A program made the translations under genes and the position numbers. The notes beneath the pieces were generated by a model that worked only from the letters and a program-made list of their open reading frames with translations, searched no databases and was not told the DNA's origin. A stretch of DNA of 64,000 nucleotides from an uncultured Vicinamibacteraceae bacterium (lineage in GTDB: Bacteria; Acidobacteriota; Vicinamibacteria; Vicinamibacterales; UBA8438), in contig CAZDQD010000053.1 in NCBI GenBank assembly GCA_964507425.1, positions 12,156 through 76,155 of the forward strand. The letters run 5' to 3'. Of this stretch, positions 7,978-17,371 are shown in pieces (within the stretch, counting starts at the first letter, position 1; each line of letters begins with the position of its first letter).

Positions 7978-8727
7978 TCAGCTCAGCTCCGTTTTCGGAA
8001 GTGAGCCCATTGTCACGCCATCGACACAAGACAAGAAACTTGAACAGTCGGATAAATCCGTTAACACCGCACCAGCTCCCGCATCACGAAGAGCTTGTTC
8101 ACTGAAAGCCCCTGTTGCTACACCGATAGAAGACGCCCCGACAACTTGCGCACATCGCACATCAAGCGGCGTATCCCCGATTACCACAACATCGCGAGGA
8201 AACACCACAGATACGCCTAATTCACGCGCACGAGCAACGGCAATCGGTACGAGACCATCGCGCCCTTCAGCATCATCACCGTATGAACCACACAAAAAGT
8301 AGTGCCATAAACTAAAGTGCCTTAACTTTATTTCCGCGGCACGCGAAAAATTTCCAGTCAGCAAAGCGATTACAAGGTCCGAACGGAACCGAAGTTCTTC
8401 TAATAAATCCTTGACTCCCGGCATCAAGCCTTTCTTCGCTCCCGGTTCGATAATTTCTTCCTCAAGATAGTCAAAATAGCGACGAAAAAATTGTTCTTTC
8501 GATTCTTGGTCCGTCTCGATCTTCGCCTGTTCAAGTGCGTGGTCGAATATGAGGGAGTCCGTGCGACCTGCGACAGGTATGCCAGCAAAAGCATCACCAA
8601 CGCCATACACATCAGAAAATGCACGGTTCAGCGCTCGCTTCCCGGCACCCCCCGAGAGAAGCAAAGTTCCGTCTATGTCAAAGAGCAATAGGCGACGACC
8701 ACCATGACCGCTAGACAAGGTTTCCAC
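7978..8727 (-). CDS. HAD-superfamily hydrolase (phosphoglycolate phosphatase-like)
   Basis: LLLFDIDGTLL (DxDxT), LLTGN and VIGDTPLDVRCA motifs. Confidence 0.8.
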   Translation of the reverse strand: METLSSGHGGRRLLLFDIDGTLLLSGGAGKRALNRAFSDVYGVGDAFAGIPVAGRTDSLIFDHALEQAKIETDQESKEQFFRRYFDYLEEEIIEPGAKKGLMPGVKDLLEELRFRSDLVIALLTGNFSRAAEIKLRHFSLWHYFLCGSYGDDAEGRDGLVPIAVARARELGVSVVFPRDVVVIGDTPLDVRCAQVVGASSIGVATGAFSEQALRDAGAGAVLTDLSDCSSFLSCVDGVTMGSLPKTELS

Positions 8728-8729
8728 AA

Positions 8730-9215
8730 TCAGTCGGTCTTAACTTGGATAAGTAATGCATTTACTTTGGTGACCGTCTCAGACGCAAGAAGCAAAGCGA
8801 CCAGCTCGACTCTAAACGCAAAAATATTTGCAGCAATCGTCATAAGACCAGCGAGTGAGTGCACACCAACCGGTAGGACGTTTGTATCGACGGCTCCTCC
8901 GAGAATCGCTGTCAGCATCGTGACTCCCATGGCCATGGTTCCGATAGAAAAAACTGGACGTCGAGCTCTTGCAACTGCGCGATAGAACTCATCAGGAAGC
9001 CCACCATCCGTAACCGCCTCCCGAATAGCCTTTCCTTTGCCAATGAGATAAAACATGGTCATGGAATGAGCAAGCAGTGTAATTAAGGTTGAAAATATGG
9101 CCAGTGTCACGTGCGGTCCAACATCAGCGGGAACGGCAACTAGAAAACCGGTCACTACACTGTAGGCCAACCCGCTAACACCCAGGAACGTCGCGGTTAT
9201 GAGCGCAGCATTCAT
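8730..9215 (-). CDS. hypothetical integral membrane protein (about 4 TM helices)
   Basis: 161 aa, strongly hydrophobic segments. Translationally coupled to its neighbours (4-nt overlap upstream, 2-nt gap downstream). No family recognised. Confidence 0.55.
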   Translation of the reverse strand: MNAALITATFLGVSGLAYSVVTGFLVAVPADVGPHVTLAIFSTLITLLAHSMTMFYLIGKGKAIREAVTDGGLPDEFYRAVARARRPVFSIGTMAMGVTMLTAILGGAVDTNVLPVGVHSLAGLMTIAANIFAFRVELVALLLASETVTKVNALLIQVKTD

Positions 9216-10081
9216 TGTTCTCTAGGAGATGACTCCATGCCGTTATATGCCGCGGTACGAGCCGAAAGAACCCGCTCAAGCAACGAAACAAACCGTTCGC
9301 GCGGAAGCCCTATCTTTCCCAAACGCCTCGCCCGGTGGCTCCGGTTGGAGTGAAAGTCTGAACCGCCACAAACATCCAAACCGTGCTGCTCAGCAAGACG
9401 TAAGTAATGCGCTTGATCGCCTGAGTCGTGATCGTTGTGGTACACCTCAATCGCACCAAGACCGGCCTCGACAAGTTCGGGCACCAACTCATCTTTACGT
9501 AATAGTCCTGGATGTGCCAACGCGGACACACCGCCCGCGCGTGACACTCGACGCACAACATCAACCGGGACTGCACCAGTTCGTGGCACGTACGCCTCAC
9601 CATCATCTCCTAGCCAGCGGTCAAACGCCTCTTGAACCGTTGAGACATGACCTGCGTCAACCAAGGCTTGTGCCAACATCGGACGACCGATTGATTTACC
9701 TGTCTCCTCAGCAACAGCTATCGTGTCCTCAACATCGATCGGCTTCCCGAGTGAAGACAGCTTGTGTGAAATTTCTCGTGCTCGTCTCAGCCGGTCTGCG
9801 CGTTGGCTTTTCAAAAACTCATCTAGCCCACGGGGAGTTGGTTCAAGAAAATAACCGAGGATGTGAACATCGCGCCCATTATCTACTGCCGTTATCTCAA
9901 TTCCCGGCAGCAACGCCATTCCGTACCCCGCTGCGGCTTCCGCTGCTTCAACAACACCAGCCATCGTGTCATGGTCGGTAACGCTAAAAGTCTTTATTCC
10001 GGCAACATACAGCTGGTCAACAAGCGTCGTCGGGTCCAGCTCGCCATCAGAAGCCGTCGTATGCATGTGGAGATCGATCAC
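9212..10081 (-). CDS. PHP-domain phosphoesterase (TrpH/YciV-like)
   Basis: IDLHMHTTASDG N-terminal PHP motif. Further His/Asp ligands at FSVTDHD, ALAHP and GGSDFH. Confidence 0.85.
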   Translation of the reverse strand: MIDLHMHTTASDGELDPTTLVDQLYVAGIKTFSVTDHDTMAGVVEAAEAAAGYGMALLPGIEITAVDNGRDVHILGYFLEPTPRGLDEFLKSQRADRLRRAREISHKLSSLGKPIDVEDTIAVAEETGKSIGRPMLAQALVDAGHVSTVQEAFDRWLGDDGEAYVPRTGAVPVDVVRRVSRAGGVSALAHPGLLRKDELVPELVEAGLGAIEVYHNDHDSGDQAHYLRLAEQHGLDVCGGSDFHSNRSHRARRLGKIGLPRERFVSLLERVLSARTAAYNGMESSPREQ

Positions 10082-10112
10082 AAGTGTGCCACCTAAATCC
10101 TAAACAGAACTG

Positions 10113-11087
10113 CTAGTTTCTTACGCGAACCGACCGTTTAGATTTGCCTTTTGATGACTTCGCCTGTCTCGCCAAGTAATCTCGATATTCACGTATTAAT
10201 AGCTCAAGGTGCACACGTTCCTCATCAGCAAACTCAAGAAAAATACGCTTGCCTTCAGAGTCCTCAAAACGCTCACCATATCGTTTAAAAAAGCGATGCG
10301 AACCTCGCTCACAACGAATACCAACTTTAAAAGCCTCTGCCGCGTCTACGCCTCGTTTTAATTCATCGGCCCCAGAAGCAAAAATACCGTTCGCTGCACC
10401 CTTAAAGAAAAGAAACGTCGGCTGAGACTCAAGCTCTGGGTCGGCAGCCAACAATTCCGAGTAACGAGCTTCAAGAGTAGCAAGATGTTCCTTTTCCTCA
10501 TCGCCAAGCTTTTTGAACACTCGCTTGCCTCGAGGATCCTTTGTCAACTTGGCGGCGCGCGTGTAAAACTCAAGCCCACTTCTTTCAGTAGCAATCGCAA
10601 TCCTCAAGGCGTCACGCGCAAACAGCAATTCGGTCGTAGCTGCCCTCTCCGGGCGCCGACGGCCTGCCTGACACTCATCACACGTCCCGTATATTTGAAG
10701 CACACTCTGCTTGGCTATAAATCCTCGTGCCTCAGCAATTTCCTCGACAAGAGCTTCTATATCCGAAGAGAGAAATTCTGATGATTGATTGCAAGTTTTA
10801 CAGATGAGATGGAAGTGTCTTGGGTGACGGTATGAATGTTCAAATCTAAAGCGCCCTTCACCGAAATCAACCTTACGAGCAATTCCAGCTTCGACCATCC
10901 ACTGCAACGTTCGATAAACCGTCGCCCTACTAATCTGATGATCGTCACGATGCAGGATGGCAACAAGGTCGTCAGCGCTTAGGTGCCCATCTTGGCGAAG
11001 AAAAACATCAACAATAAGATCACGCTTACTGGACCGCTTACCACCTTCTGGACGGAGGCGCTCTAAATATGCGGACTGTGGTTCCAT
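10113..11087 (-). CDS. Fur-family transcriptional regulator fused to a C-terminal rubrerythrin/ferritin-like diiron domain
   Basis: Residues about 10-145 form a Fur-like winged helix (ISRATVYRTLQWMVEAGIA), a His cluster HSYRHPRHFHLICKTC and a second CDEC pair. Residues about 165-310 form a four-helix-bundle pattern with E (IATERSG), ExxH (EEKEH), E (RCERGSH) and ExxH (EERVH). Confidence 0.75.
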   Translation of the reverse strand: MEPQSAYLERLRPEGGKRSSKRDLIVDVFLRQDGHLSADDLVAILHRDDHQISRATVYRTLQWMVEAGIARKVDFGEGRFRFEHSYRHPRHFHLICKTCNQSSEFLSSDIEALVEEIAEARGFIAKQSVLQIYGTCDECQAGRRRPERAATTELLFARDALRIAIATERSGLEFYTRAAKLTKDPRGKRVFKKLGDEEKEHLATLEARYSELLAADPELESQPTFLFFKGAANGIFASGADELKRGVDAAEAFKVGIRCERGSHRFFKRYGERFEDSEGKRIFLEFADEERVHLELLIREYRDYLARQAKSSKGKSKRSVRVRN

Positions 11088-11180
11088 TATTTAAATCAAG
11101 CCGAACCCGTATCTATCCGCCGAACACTAAACCTCTAACCTTCGATCCATGGTTTCAAGCCACTGGCTCGGTTGTCTGGC

Positions 11181-11540
11181 TCAGACTCCAAAAGAAGAGC
11201 CACAACCACAGGTCGATTTAGCATTCGGATTATTAATCGTGAAGCCACCACCGGAAAGGTTGTCAATAAAATCAACCTCGGCGCCATTGAGATAACGAAT
11301 ACTAATAGGGTCTACAAATAATTTGACGCCATTCGAGCTAAAAATCTTGTCGGCGTCCCCATCGCCTGGGCCATCTTCAATCATCAGCCCATACTGGAAC
11401 CCAGAACACCCGCCACCTTGCACAAACACCCGTAAACCGGCCTCTTTCCTTTGCTCATCAGCAAGTAAAGCACCAATTTTTCCAGCGGCTGCTTCCGTAA
11501 CGGTTACCGGACCATTGCTCACACTTATCGTTTCTGGCAC
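11181..11540 (-). CDS. erpA: iron-sulfur cluster insertion/carrier protein (HesB/IscA/ErpA family)
   Basis: GGGCSGFQYGL and C-terminal STCGCGSSF motifs. Confidence 0.9.
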   Translation of the reverse strand: MPETISVSNGPVTVTEAAAGKIGALLADEQRKEAGLRVFVQGGGCSGFQYGLMIEDGPGDGDADKIFSSNGVKLFVDPISIRYLNGAEVDFIDNLSGGGFTINNPNAKSTCGCGSSFGV

Positions 11541-11606
11541 GTGAAAGTCTCCCTTACGCGATTAGTATAGCGATGGACTCCAACTTGCTTCAAGACTGTA
11601 TGGGTT

Positions 11607-11672
11607 AAATTCCCACAAACCTCGCCACATAGATATTTCTTCTATTTTTCGACCCGAACTTCCCACAAACCT
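11607..11672. promoter_or_regulatory. 16-nt direct repeat, two copies exactly 50 bp apart, in the erpA / fdhE-like divergent region
   Basis: AAATTCCCACAAACCT at 11607-11622 and AACTTCCCACAAACCT at 11657-11672 (15/16 identical). Confidence 0.5.
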
Positions 11673-11698
11673 GACAGTCAGGTGATACTGACCACCTG
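11670..11698 (+). promoter_or_regulatory. two overlapping inverted repeats abutting the fdhE-like start codon
   Basis: CCTGAC-A-GTCAGG at 11670-11682 and CAGGTG-ATACTGAC-CACCTG at 11679-11698. ATG is at 11699. Confidence 0.4.
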
Positions 11699-12628
11699 AT
11701 GGACCCCACGGACGACTACATACTGAATAGCGCAGACCAGCGCTGGCATCATCTAATTGAAAAAGAACCTGACCTGGCGGCCGCCATCGATCTACAGCGT
11801 ATTATCCTGACCAGAACTCTAGAGCTTTCCAACGAGGCACCAGAAGTGCTAAAAGGTCCGGTAATGGCACCGCCCGGTCTTTTGGACCGGTTAGCCAGCC
11901 ACGAAGCGCCGGTGTTAGATATGGCCATAAAATTTGACACCGATCGCGTAATACCGCATCTACTCGGATTTTGTAACGACTTCGCCACTGGAGGTGCTGG
12001 AGAACCGGCACTTAACGTTCACAAGGCTCTCAAACAAGGGGATATTGAGGCCGGCTCCCTCCTATACGGCTCTCTACTTCGCCAACAGACGTCGATCCGC
12101 ACACGAGCAAACCAGCTGGGAATCTCTCCCGACCTTGTCTGGTTGGTAGCCGAGCTGTCGGTCGCGCCACTTGCTAACCACCTTCAGCACAATGCCCTAG
12201 TTTCACCGACGACGTCTTCACCTGAAGCAATCCGAGCTGCCCAGAACTGGCCTCTCGGCCACTGTGCCGCATGTGGGTCGTGGCCTGCTTTTGCGGAAAC
12301 GCATTCGCAAGAAAGGCATCTAAGGTGTTCTTTCTGCGGAGCCGACTGGACCCCGGCAAAAACTGGTTGCGTTTACTGCAACACGAATGGAAATGCCTTT
12401 CTCAGAGCCGCGGACTCCAAACAGCCAAATCACCACCTTGAGTTCTGCCGAGCCTGCGGTGGATACCTCAAGCACGCCGAAGTAACAAGTGCGACTCCAT
12501 TTGCGCTACTGCCGGTGCTCGATCTTGAAATGACCTATCTTGACATTCGTGCGGTGGAACGAGGCTACGGCCGCCCACCCATGCCTGAGCGTTCAGTATC
12601 CGTAAGTCCCTGTCCACCGGAAGCCTAA
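11699..12628 (+). CDS. fdhE: FdhE-like protein (formate dehydrogenase accessory/maturation factor family)
   Basis: 309 aa. Four Cys pairs in FdhE spacing: CAACGSWP, CSFCGADW, CVYCNT and CRACGGYLKH. Confidence 0.7.
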   Translation: MDPTDDYILNSADQRWHHLIEKEPDLAAAIDLQRIILTRTLELSNEAPEVLKGPVMAPPGLLDRLASHEAPVLDMAIKFDTDRVIPHLLGFCNDFATGGAGEPALNVHKALKQGDIEAGSLLYGSLLRQQTSIRTRANQLGISPDLVWLVAELSVAPLANHLQHNALVSPTTSSPEAIRAAQNWPLGHCAACGSWPAFAETHSQERHLRCSFCGADWTPAKTGCVYCNTNGNAFLRAADSKQPNHHLEFCRACGGYLKHAEVTSATPFALLPVLDLEMTYLDIRAVERGYGRPPMPERSVSVSPCPPEA

Positions 12629-12637
12629 CTTCAAAAG

Positions 12638-13399
12638 ATGTCCACTGCGTTAACAATCGCGGGAAGCGACTCGAGTGGTGGCGCCGGCATACAAGCGGAC
12701 TTGCGAACATTCACGGCGCTAGAGGTTTATGGTTTTAGTGCAATCACTGCGATCACGGCGCAAGAGAAAAACGGCATAACAGCCGTTCACCATGTCCCAC
12801 CAGATGTCATCCTCAATCAAATAACAGCTGCTTTAGACAGCACGCCCAAAATTGGCGTCAAAACCGGCATGTTAGGAACGTGTGAAACAGTCGACACTGT
12901 TTGTAAAATCATGCGAGAGCGAAGTATCCGGCCCGTCGTGGACCCCGTTATAACTTCATCAAGCGGCACGGCATTATTGGCCGACGATGCAATCGAATTC
13001 ATGATCGAAGATCTATTTCCGATCGCATCTGTTGTTACCCCAAATATTGAAGAAGTAGAAAAACTGATCGGGACAAACATTCGGACAGCCTCCGACGCAA
13101 AGAAAGCCGCCAAACGTATCGGAGACCTTGGTCCTCAGGCAGTCGTCATAACCGGCGGACATCTAAACCCGGCAAATGACACGGTGGTGGACTTTGTTTT
13201 TGATGGTCAGGCGCATCACGAAATCTTCTCTCCTCGGGCTCACCCTATGAACCCCCTTCAGTCGAGAGGCACCGGCTGTACCTACACTGCAGCTTTACTC
13301 GCGCGTCTCATAAAGGGAGACCGGCTAGTCAAGGCAGCACAGTTTGCCCAGACTTACGTGGCACGGATTCTTTCAATTCATCCCATTAGTCCAAACTAG
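12638..13399 (+). CDS. thiD: hydroxymethylpyrimidine/phosphomethylpyrimidine kinase
   Basis: ALTIAGSDSSGGAGIQADLRTF, KTGML and GTGCTYTAAL motifs. Confidence 0.9.
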   Translation: MSTALTIAGSDSSGGAGIQADLRTFTALEVYGFSAITAITAQEKNGITAVHHVPPDVILNQITAALDSTPKIGVKTGMLGTCETVDTVCKIMRERSIRPVVDPVITSSSGTALLADDAIEFMIEDLFPIASVVTPNIEEVEKLIGTNIRTASDAKKAAKRIGDLGPQAVVITGGHLNPANDTVVDFVFDGQAHHEIFSPRAHPMNPLQSRGTGCTYTAALLARLIKGDRLVKAAQFAQTYVARILSIHPISPN

Positions 13400-13463
13400 G
13401 CACTAGTTTCCTAACAAACACTGCACTCTTAACAATGAGTAGCCACCTGCTATACTGCGGAAA

Positions 13464-13958
13464 ATGTTAGCGTCAGCGTTCGTCATAACGAAAGAGCCCC
13501 TCAAACTGGATGGCCTCGTAACTTTTGTAATGGAACAACTACATAAAGCGCCCTCTAGTACCGGTGCTGTTGTGTCGTTTCTTGGCACCGTCCGAAATGA
13601 AAATAAGGGGCGCCGTGTGAACCATCTTGAATACGAAGCGTACGAGCCACTAGCAATTAAAACATTCGAACAAATTGCTATGGAGTCGGCAGCACACTGG
13701 GCGGAAACACGCTTGGCACTTCACCATCGTATTGGTCGACTTAACATCGGAGACGCCAGCGTTGCCATTGCTGCAGCATCCCCGCATCGACCCGATGCAT
13801 TCGCCGCGTGCCGGTACGCCATTGAACGCGTGAAACAAATTGCTCCCATCTGGAAGCACGAGTATTTTGAAAATGGCAACGTCTGGATCGAAGGTGCGAC
13901 AGCAGACCCGGACAGTGCTGACGCCATCAACACCGCCCTACGAATAGCATGCGCGTAA
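13464..13958 (+). CDS. moaE: molybdopterin synthase catalytic subunit
   Basis: GAVVSFLGTVRN, HLEYEAYEPLA and APIWKHEYFENG are typical of MoaE. Confidence 0.85.
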   Translation: MLASAFVITKEPLKLDGLVTFVMEQLHKAPSSTGAVVSFLGTVRNENKGRRVNHLEYEAYEPLAIKTFEQIAMESAAHWAETRLALHHRIGRLNIGDASVAIAAASPHRPDAFAACRYAIERVKQIAPIWKHEYFENGNVWIEGATADPDSADAINTALRIACA

Positions 13959-14194
13959 CAATTCTTCTTTTTGCCAGACTTAGGGAAATTGCCGGCGAAT
14001 CCGTCATGGTGAGAAATGTGCCAGCTAATTCCACAGCACGCGCGCTGTGGACAGGTCTGGTGCAAGATTTTCCAGAATTTGATGCCTACACTGGTAGCGT
14101 CTCGACAGCTATCAACGAAGAATATGCTCAGATGGGTTCAATAGTTTCCGACGGTGATGAAGTCGCCTTTCTCCCTCCGGTATCGGGAGGCTAA
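13949..14194 (+). CDS. moaD: molybdopterin synthase sulfur-carrier subunit (ThiS/MoaD family)
   Basis: 81 aa ending in PPVSGG, with the C-terminal Gly-Gly. Overlaps the moaE stop. Confidence 0.85.
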   Translation: MRVTILLFARLREIAGESVMVRNVPANSTARALWTGLVQDFPEFDAYTGSVSTAINEEYAQMGSIVSDGDEVAFLPPVSGG

Positions 14195-14198
14195 CCCC

Positions 14199-15278
14199 AT
14201 GTTCGATAAATTGCAGTCCATCGAAGAACGCTACGAAAAACTAATGGTTCTCCTCAGTGACCCGGTCGTTCAAGCCGACCAGCAGGAGTACCGTACGCAC
14301 GCTATGGCAGTCTCAGAAATCCAGCCGATCGTTGACAAGTTTAAGGAATATAACAACGTGGTCAAAGAGACAGCTCAGGCAAAGGAACTCATAGTCGCTG
14401 ATGACGAAGAGTTACGGTACTTAGCTGAAGAAGAGCTAGCCACCCTACAAACGCGGCAAGAGGAACTACTAAGCGAAATAAAGATTCTTCTTGTTCCAAA
14501 AGATCCAAACGACGAAAAAAACGTCGTCCTGGAGATTAGGGCAGGTACCGGTGGCGACGAAGCGGGGCTATTTGCAGCTGATCTTTTTCGAATGTATTCC
14601 CGATATGCCGAAACACTCGGGTGGCGCGTCGAAGTACTGTCCTCAAACGAAACTGGAGTGGGCGCTATAAAGGAAATCGTCGCATTGATCGAGGGGAAGC
14701 GTGTGTACAGTCGATTGAAGTACGAAAGTGGAGTACATCGTGTCCAACGTGTCCCAGCAACCGAAACAAGTGGTCGTATCCATACATCGACTGCCACAGT
14801 AGCCGTACTACCAGAAGCCGAAGAAGTGGACATCAAGATTGATGCGAAAGAACTCAGAATTGACACCTTTTGCTCGAGTGGACCGGGTGGACAAAGCGTC
14901 AACACGACATACTCCGCAGTACGGATTACGCACATACCGACAGGACTCGTGGTGTCGCAACAAGACGAAAAATCCCAGATCAAAAATAAGGCAAAGGCTA
15001 TGAAAGTTCTTCGTTCTCGACTCTACGAAATGGAACTTCAACGACAGCAAGATGAGATCGCGACTGACCGGCGTGGTCAAGTCGGCACCGGTGAAAGATC
15101 GGAAAAAATTCGGACCTATAACTTCCCGCAGACACGAATAACAGATCACCGTATCGGCTTTACGACACACCAACTTCCCGCCGTACTAGCTGGAGACTTG
15201 GGAGAGCTCGTGGATACGGTCGTTACACATTTTGAATCAGAAAAGCTTAAATCCGAGACTGCTTCGACGGTTCCATGA
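14199..15278 (+). CDS. prfA: peptide chain release factor 1
   Basis: [15 protein letters not shown] start preceded by GGGAGG at 14185-14190. PAT tripeptide ([14 protein letters not shown]) and GGQ ([12 protein letters not shown]). The track start at 14154 would overlap moaD. Confidence 0.95.
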   Translation: MFDKLQSIEERYEKLMVLLSDPVVQADQQEYRTHAMAVSEIQPIVDKFKEYNNVVKETAQAKELIVADDEELRYLAEEELATLQTRQEELLSEIKILLVPKDPNDEKNVVLEIRAGTGGDEAGLFAADLFRMYSRYAETLGWRVEVLSSNETGVGAIKEIVALIEGKRVYSRLKYESGVHRVQRVPATETSGRIHTSTATVAVLPEAEEVDIKIDAKELRIDTFCSSGPGGQSVNTTYSAVRITHIPTGLVVSQQDEKSQIKNKAKAMKVLRSRLYEMELQRQQDEIATDRRGQVGTGERSEKIRTYNFPQTRITDHRIGFTTHQLPAVLAGDLGELVDTVVTHFESEKLKSETASTVP

Positions 15279-16150
15279 CTCTGCAGGAGTGCGTTGCCCG
15301 CGCAACCGAACGACTGGTACATGCTGGATTAAACAAGCAAGAAGCAACTAGCGATGCAGAATTGCTCGCACGCCATGTGCTCGGTTGGGACCGCGCCACT
15401 TATATAACTCGCCACCTTGAACCAAGTCCAACGAACTTTAACCGCAGTTTCAGTCCACTTATCAGTCGGCGCACGAGGCGAGAACCTGTCTCTTTAATCA
15501 CGGAGCAACGAGAATTCTGGGGCATTACGTTTCAGATGACAGCCGGAGTATTAACGCCTCGCCCTGAAACTGAATTGATTGTGGAAGCATCGATTGCCCA
15601 CCTACAACATCGAAGAAAGACACCTCTGTTGATCGCTGATATTGGTACCGGATCTGGGTGTTTAGCGGTCGCACTCGCAACAGAATTTAGTCTTGCGATG
15701 GTGACGGCAATTGACATTTCTCCCACAGCCGTAAAGTTGGCCCGGTCGAACGCATACTCTAGAGGTCTGCAGAACCAGGTTCAAGTAATCGAAATTGACC
15801 TGTCAGATTGGCTAAAACATCAGACGGCCACATACGACTTGGTGGTAGCAAACCTTCCCTACATACCAACCGCAGAAACGGATAATCTCCCGCCGGAAGT
15901 TAAGGCATACGAACCACGCTGCGCACTGGACGGCGGACAGGACGGTCTCTATCCATTAAGAACTCTGCTGAGCTATGCTCACACCTGCTTGAAACCTTCT
16001 GGAAACTTGATCGTCGAAATCGGCCTAGGCCAAGACAAAGAACTGCAAAGGATCACCGATTCCTCTAACGGTCTTGAAATGGACGAAATCCGGAAAGACC
16101 TCCAAGGCATACCGCGAACGGCAGTAATCAAATCAACGAAGCAGAGGTAA
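15275..16150 (+). CDS. prmC: release factor glutamine N5-methyltransferase (PrmC/HemK)
   Basis: Immediately downstream of prfA with a 4-nt overlap. SAM motif [10 protein letters not shown] and NLPY (NPPY-type) motif. Confidence 0.9.
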   Translation: MTLQECVARATERLVHAGLNKQEATSDAELLARHVLGWDRATYITRHLEPSPTNFNRSFSPLISRRTRREPVSLITEQREFWGITFQMTAGVLTPRPETELIVEASIAHLQHRRKTPLLIADIGTGSGCLAVALATEFSLAMVTAIDISPTAVKLARSNAYSRGLQNQVQVIEIDLSDWLKHQTATYDLVVANLPYIPTAETDNLPPEVKAYEPRCALDGGQDGLYPLRTLLSYAHTCLKPSGNLIVEIGLGQDKELQRITDSSNGLEMDEIRKDLQGIPRTAVIKSTKQR

Positions 16151-16152
16151 CG

Positions 16153-16497
16153 ATGGCGGACTGCTTATTCTGCAAAATTGTAAATGGCGAACTTGACGCA
16201 GAGATTGTCTACGAAAATGAGGACATCGTCGCTTTCAAAGACATCAATCCTCAAGCCCCGACGCATCTACTCATCATCCCTCGTCTCCACATCAGCACCC
16301 TTAACGAATTGACCTCCGAACATGACCGCACGGTAGGAGCCATCGTACGATGCGCCGCGGAACTTGCTGAATCACTAGGCTATAAGGAAGAAGGTTACCG
16401 GACCGTCTTTAACTGCAACGAGGCCGCCGGACAAACTGTCTTTCATATTCACCTACATCTCCTGGCTGGTCGTAATTTAGCGTGGCCACCTGGATAA
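16153..16497 (+). CDS. HIT-family (histidine triad) nucleotide-binding protein
   Basis: CLFCKIV...APTHLLIIP...HIHLHLL histidine triad. Confidence 0.9.
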   Translation: MADCLFCKIVNGELDAEIVYENEDIVAFKDINPQAPTHLLIIPRLHISTLNELTSEHDRTVGAIVRCAAELAESLGYKEEGYRTVFNCNEAAGQTVFHIHLHLLAGRNLAWPPG

Positions 16498-17190
16498 CAT
16501 CAAAGGAAGTTCTGACAGCGTCTGGATCGTCTGAATCTCCGCGCCTATGTCTGCACCTCTGAAACCTGAACGAGCCAAAAGAACAGCATTCATACCGACA
16601 TTTTGAGCGCCCGTAACGTCGTGCGCCATGCTGTCTCCCACCATAATTCCTTGATCTGGGGAAACGCCGATCAGATTGAGTGCGGCCCAGAAAATACTTG
16701 GATGCGGTTTGAGATAGCCGTGTTCCGAAGATGAAATGGCTGCAGAAATGTACGGCCCAAGTCCGAAGTAATCTTGAAAAGAATCCAAACAGCGATGGGT
16801 GTTAGAAATCAGTCCAATCAAATATCCTGATTCGTATAATTCGACAAAAGTTGGTTTTACGTCGTTATAGAGTAAAAAATACTCAGACAACGCCCATTGA
16901 TCGTAAATATCCTGAGCGCAGCGATCAATATGGTTGCCAGCGGCTCCCATTTCGACCAACACCCGTCTCGCATACCTGACAAAAGGTTCCGGCCTGTACA
17001 CCTCATCCTTCAATTGATTCAACTCACCGGTCGCCAGGTCAATAGCCTCATCAAACCGTAACGGATCAACTGACAAGCCGTAGTGGGAAGCGAATGCTCG
17101 GTACCCTTCTCCATCAAACTTCCTACCGGGGTATATCAGAGTAAAGTCAACATCAAAAAATACAGCCCTGATAGAACGCTCTCGGCCCAT
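16477..17190 (-). CDS. HAD-superfamily hydrolase
   Basis: VFFDVDFTLIYPG, GLISNT and MVGDSMAHDVTGA motifs. Its 3' end overlaps the HIT gene convergently by 21 nt. Confidence 0.8.
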   Translation of the reverse strand: MGRERSIRAVFFDVDFTLIYPGRKFDGEGYRAFASHYGLSVDPLRFDEAIDLATGELNQLKDEVYRPEPFVRYARRVLVEMGAAGNHIDRCAQDIYDQWALSEYFLLYNDVKPTFVELYESGYLIGLISNTHRCLDSFQDYFGLGPYISAAISSSEHGYLKPHPSIFWAALNLIGVSPDQGIMVGDSMAHDVTGAQNVGMNAVLLARSGFRGADIGAEIQTIQTLSELPLMLSRWPR

Positions 17191-17371
17191 GTCAACACAA
17201 CCAAAACACTAACTGCGGTTTCATCGTTAATGGCGCACCAACTTGGCGCTCTGACTTATAGAATCGTTGCTTCGAAAAAACTTAATGCCATTATATTTAC
17301 ACTACAATTGATGGGAAGCCCTGGCGACGTGAGATCCATCCTGTACGCGAGAGAGCCGCACCGTAACCACC

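Noticed and set aside
9229-9981. 250-aa plus-strand ORF
   Set aside because: It is entirely antisense to the PHP phosphoesterase gene, which has clear catalytic motifs. Its translation is R/P/S-rich and low in complexity.
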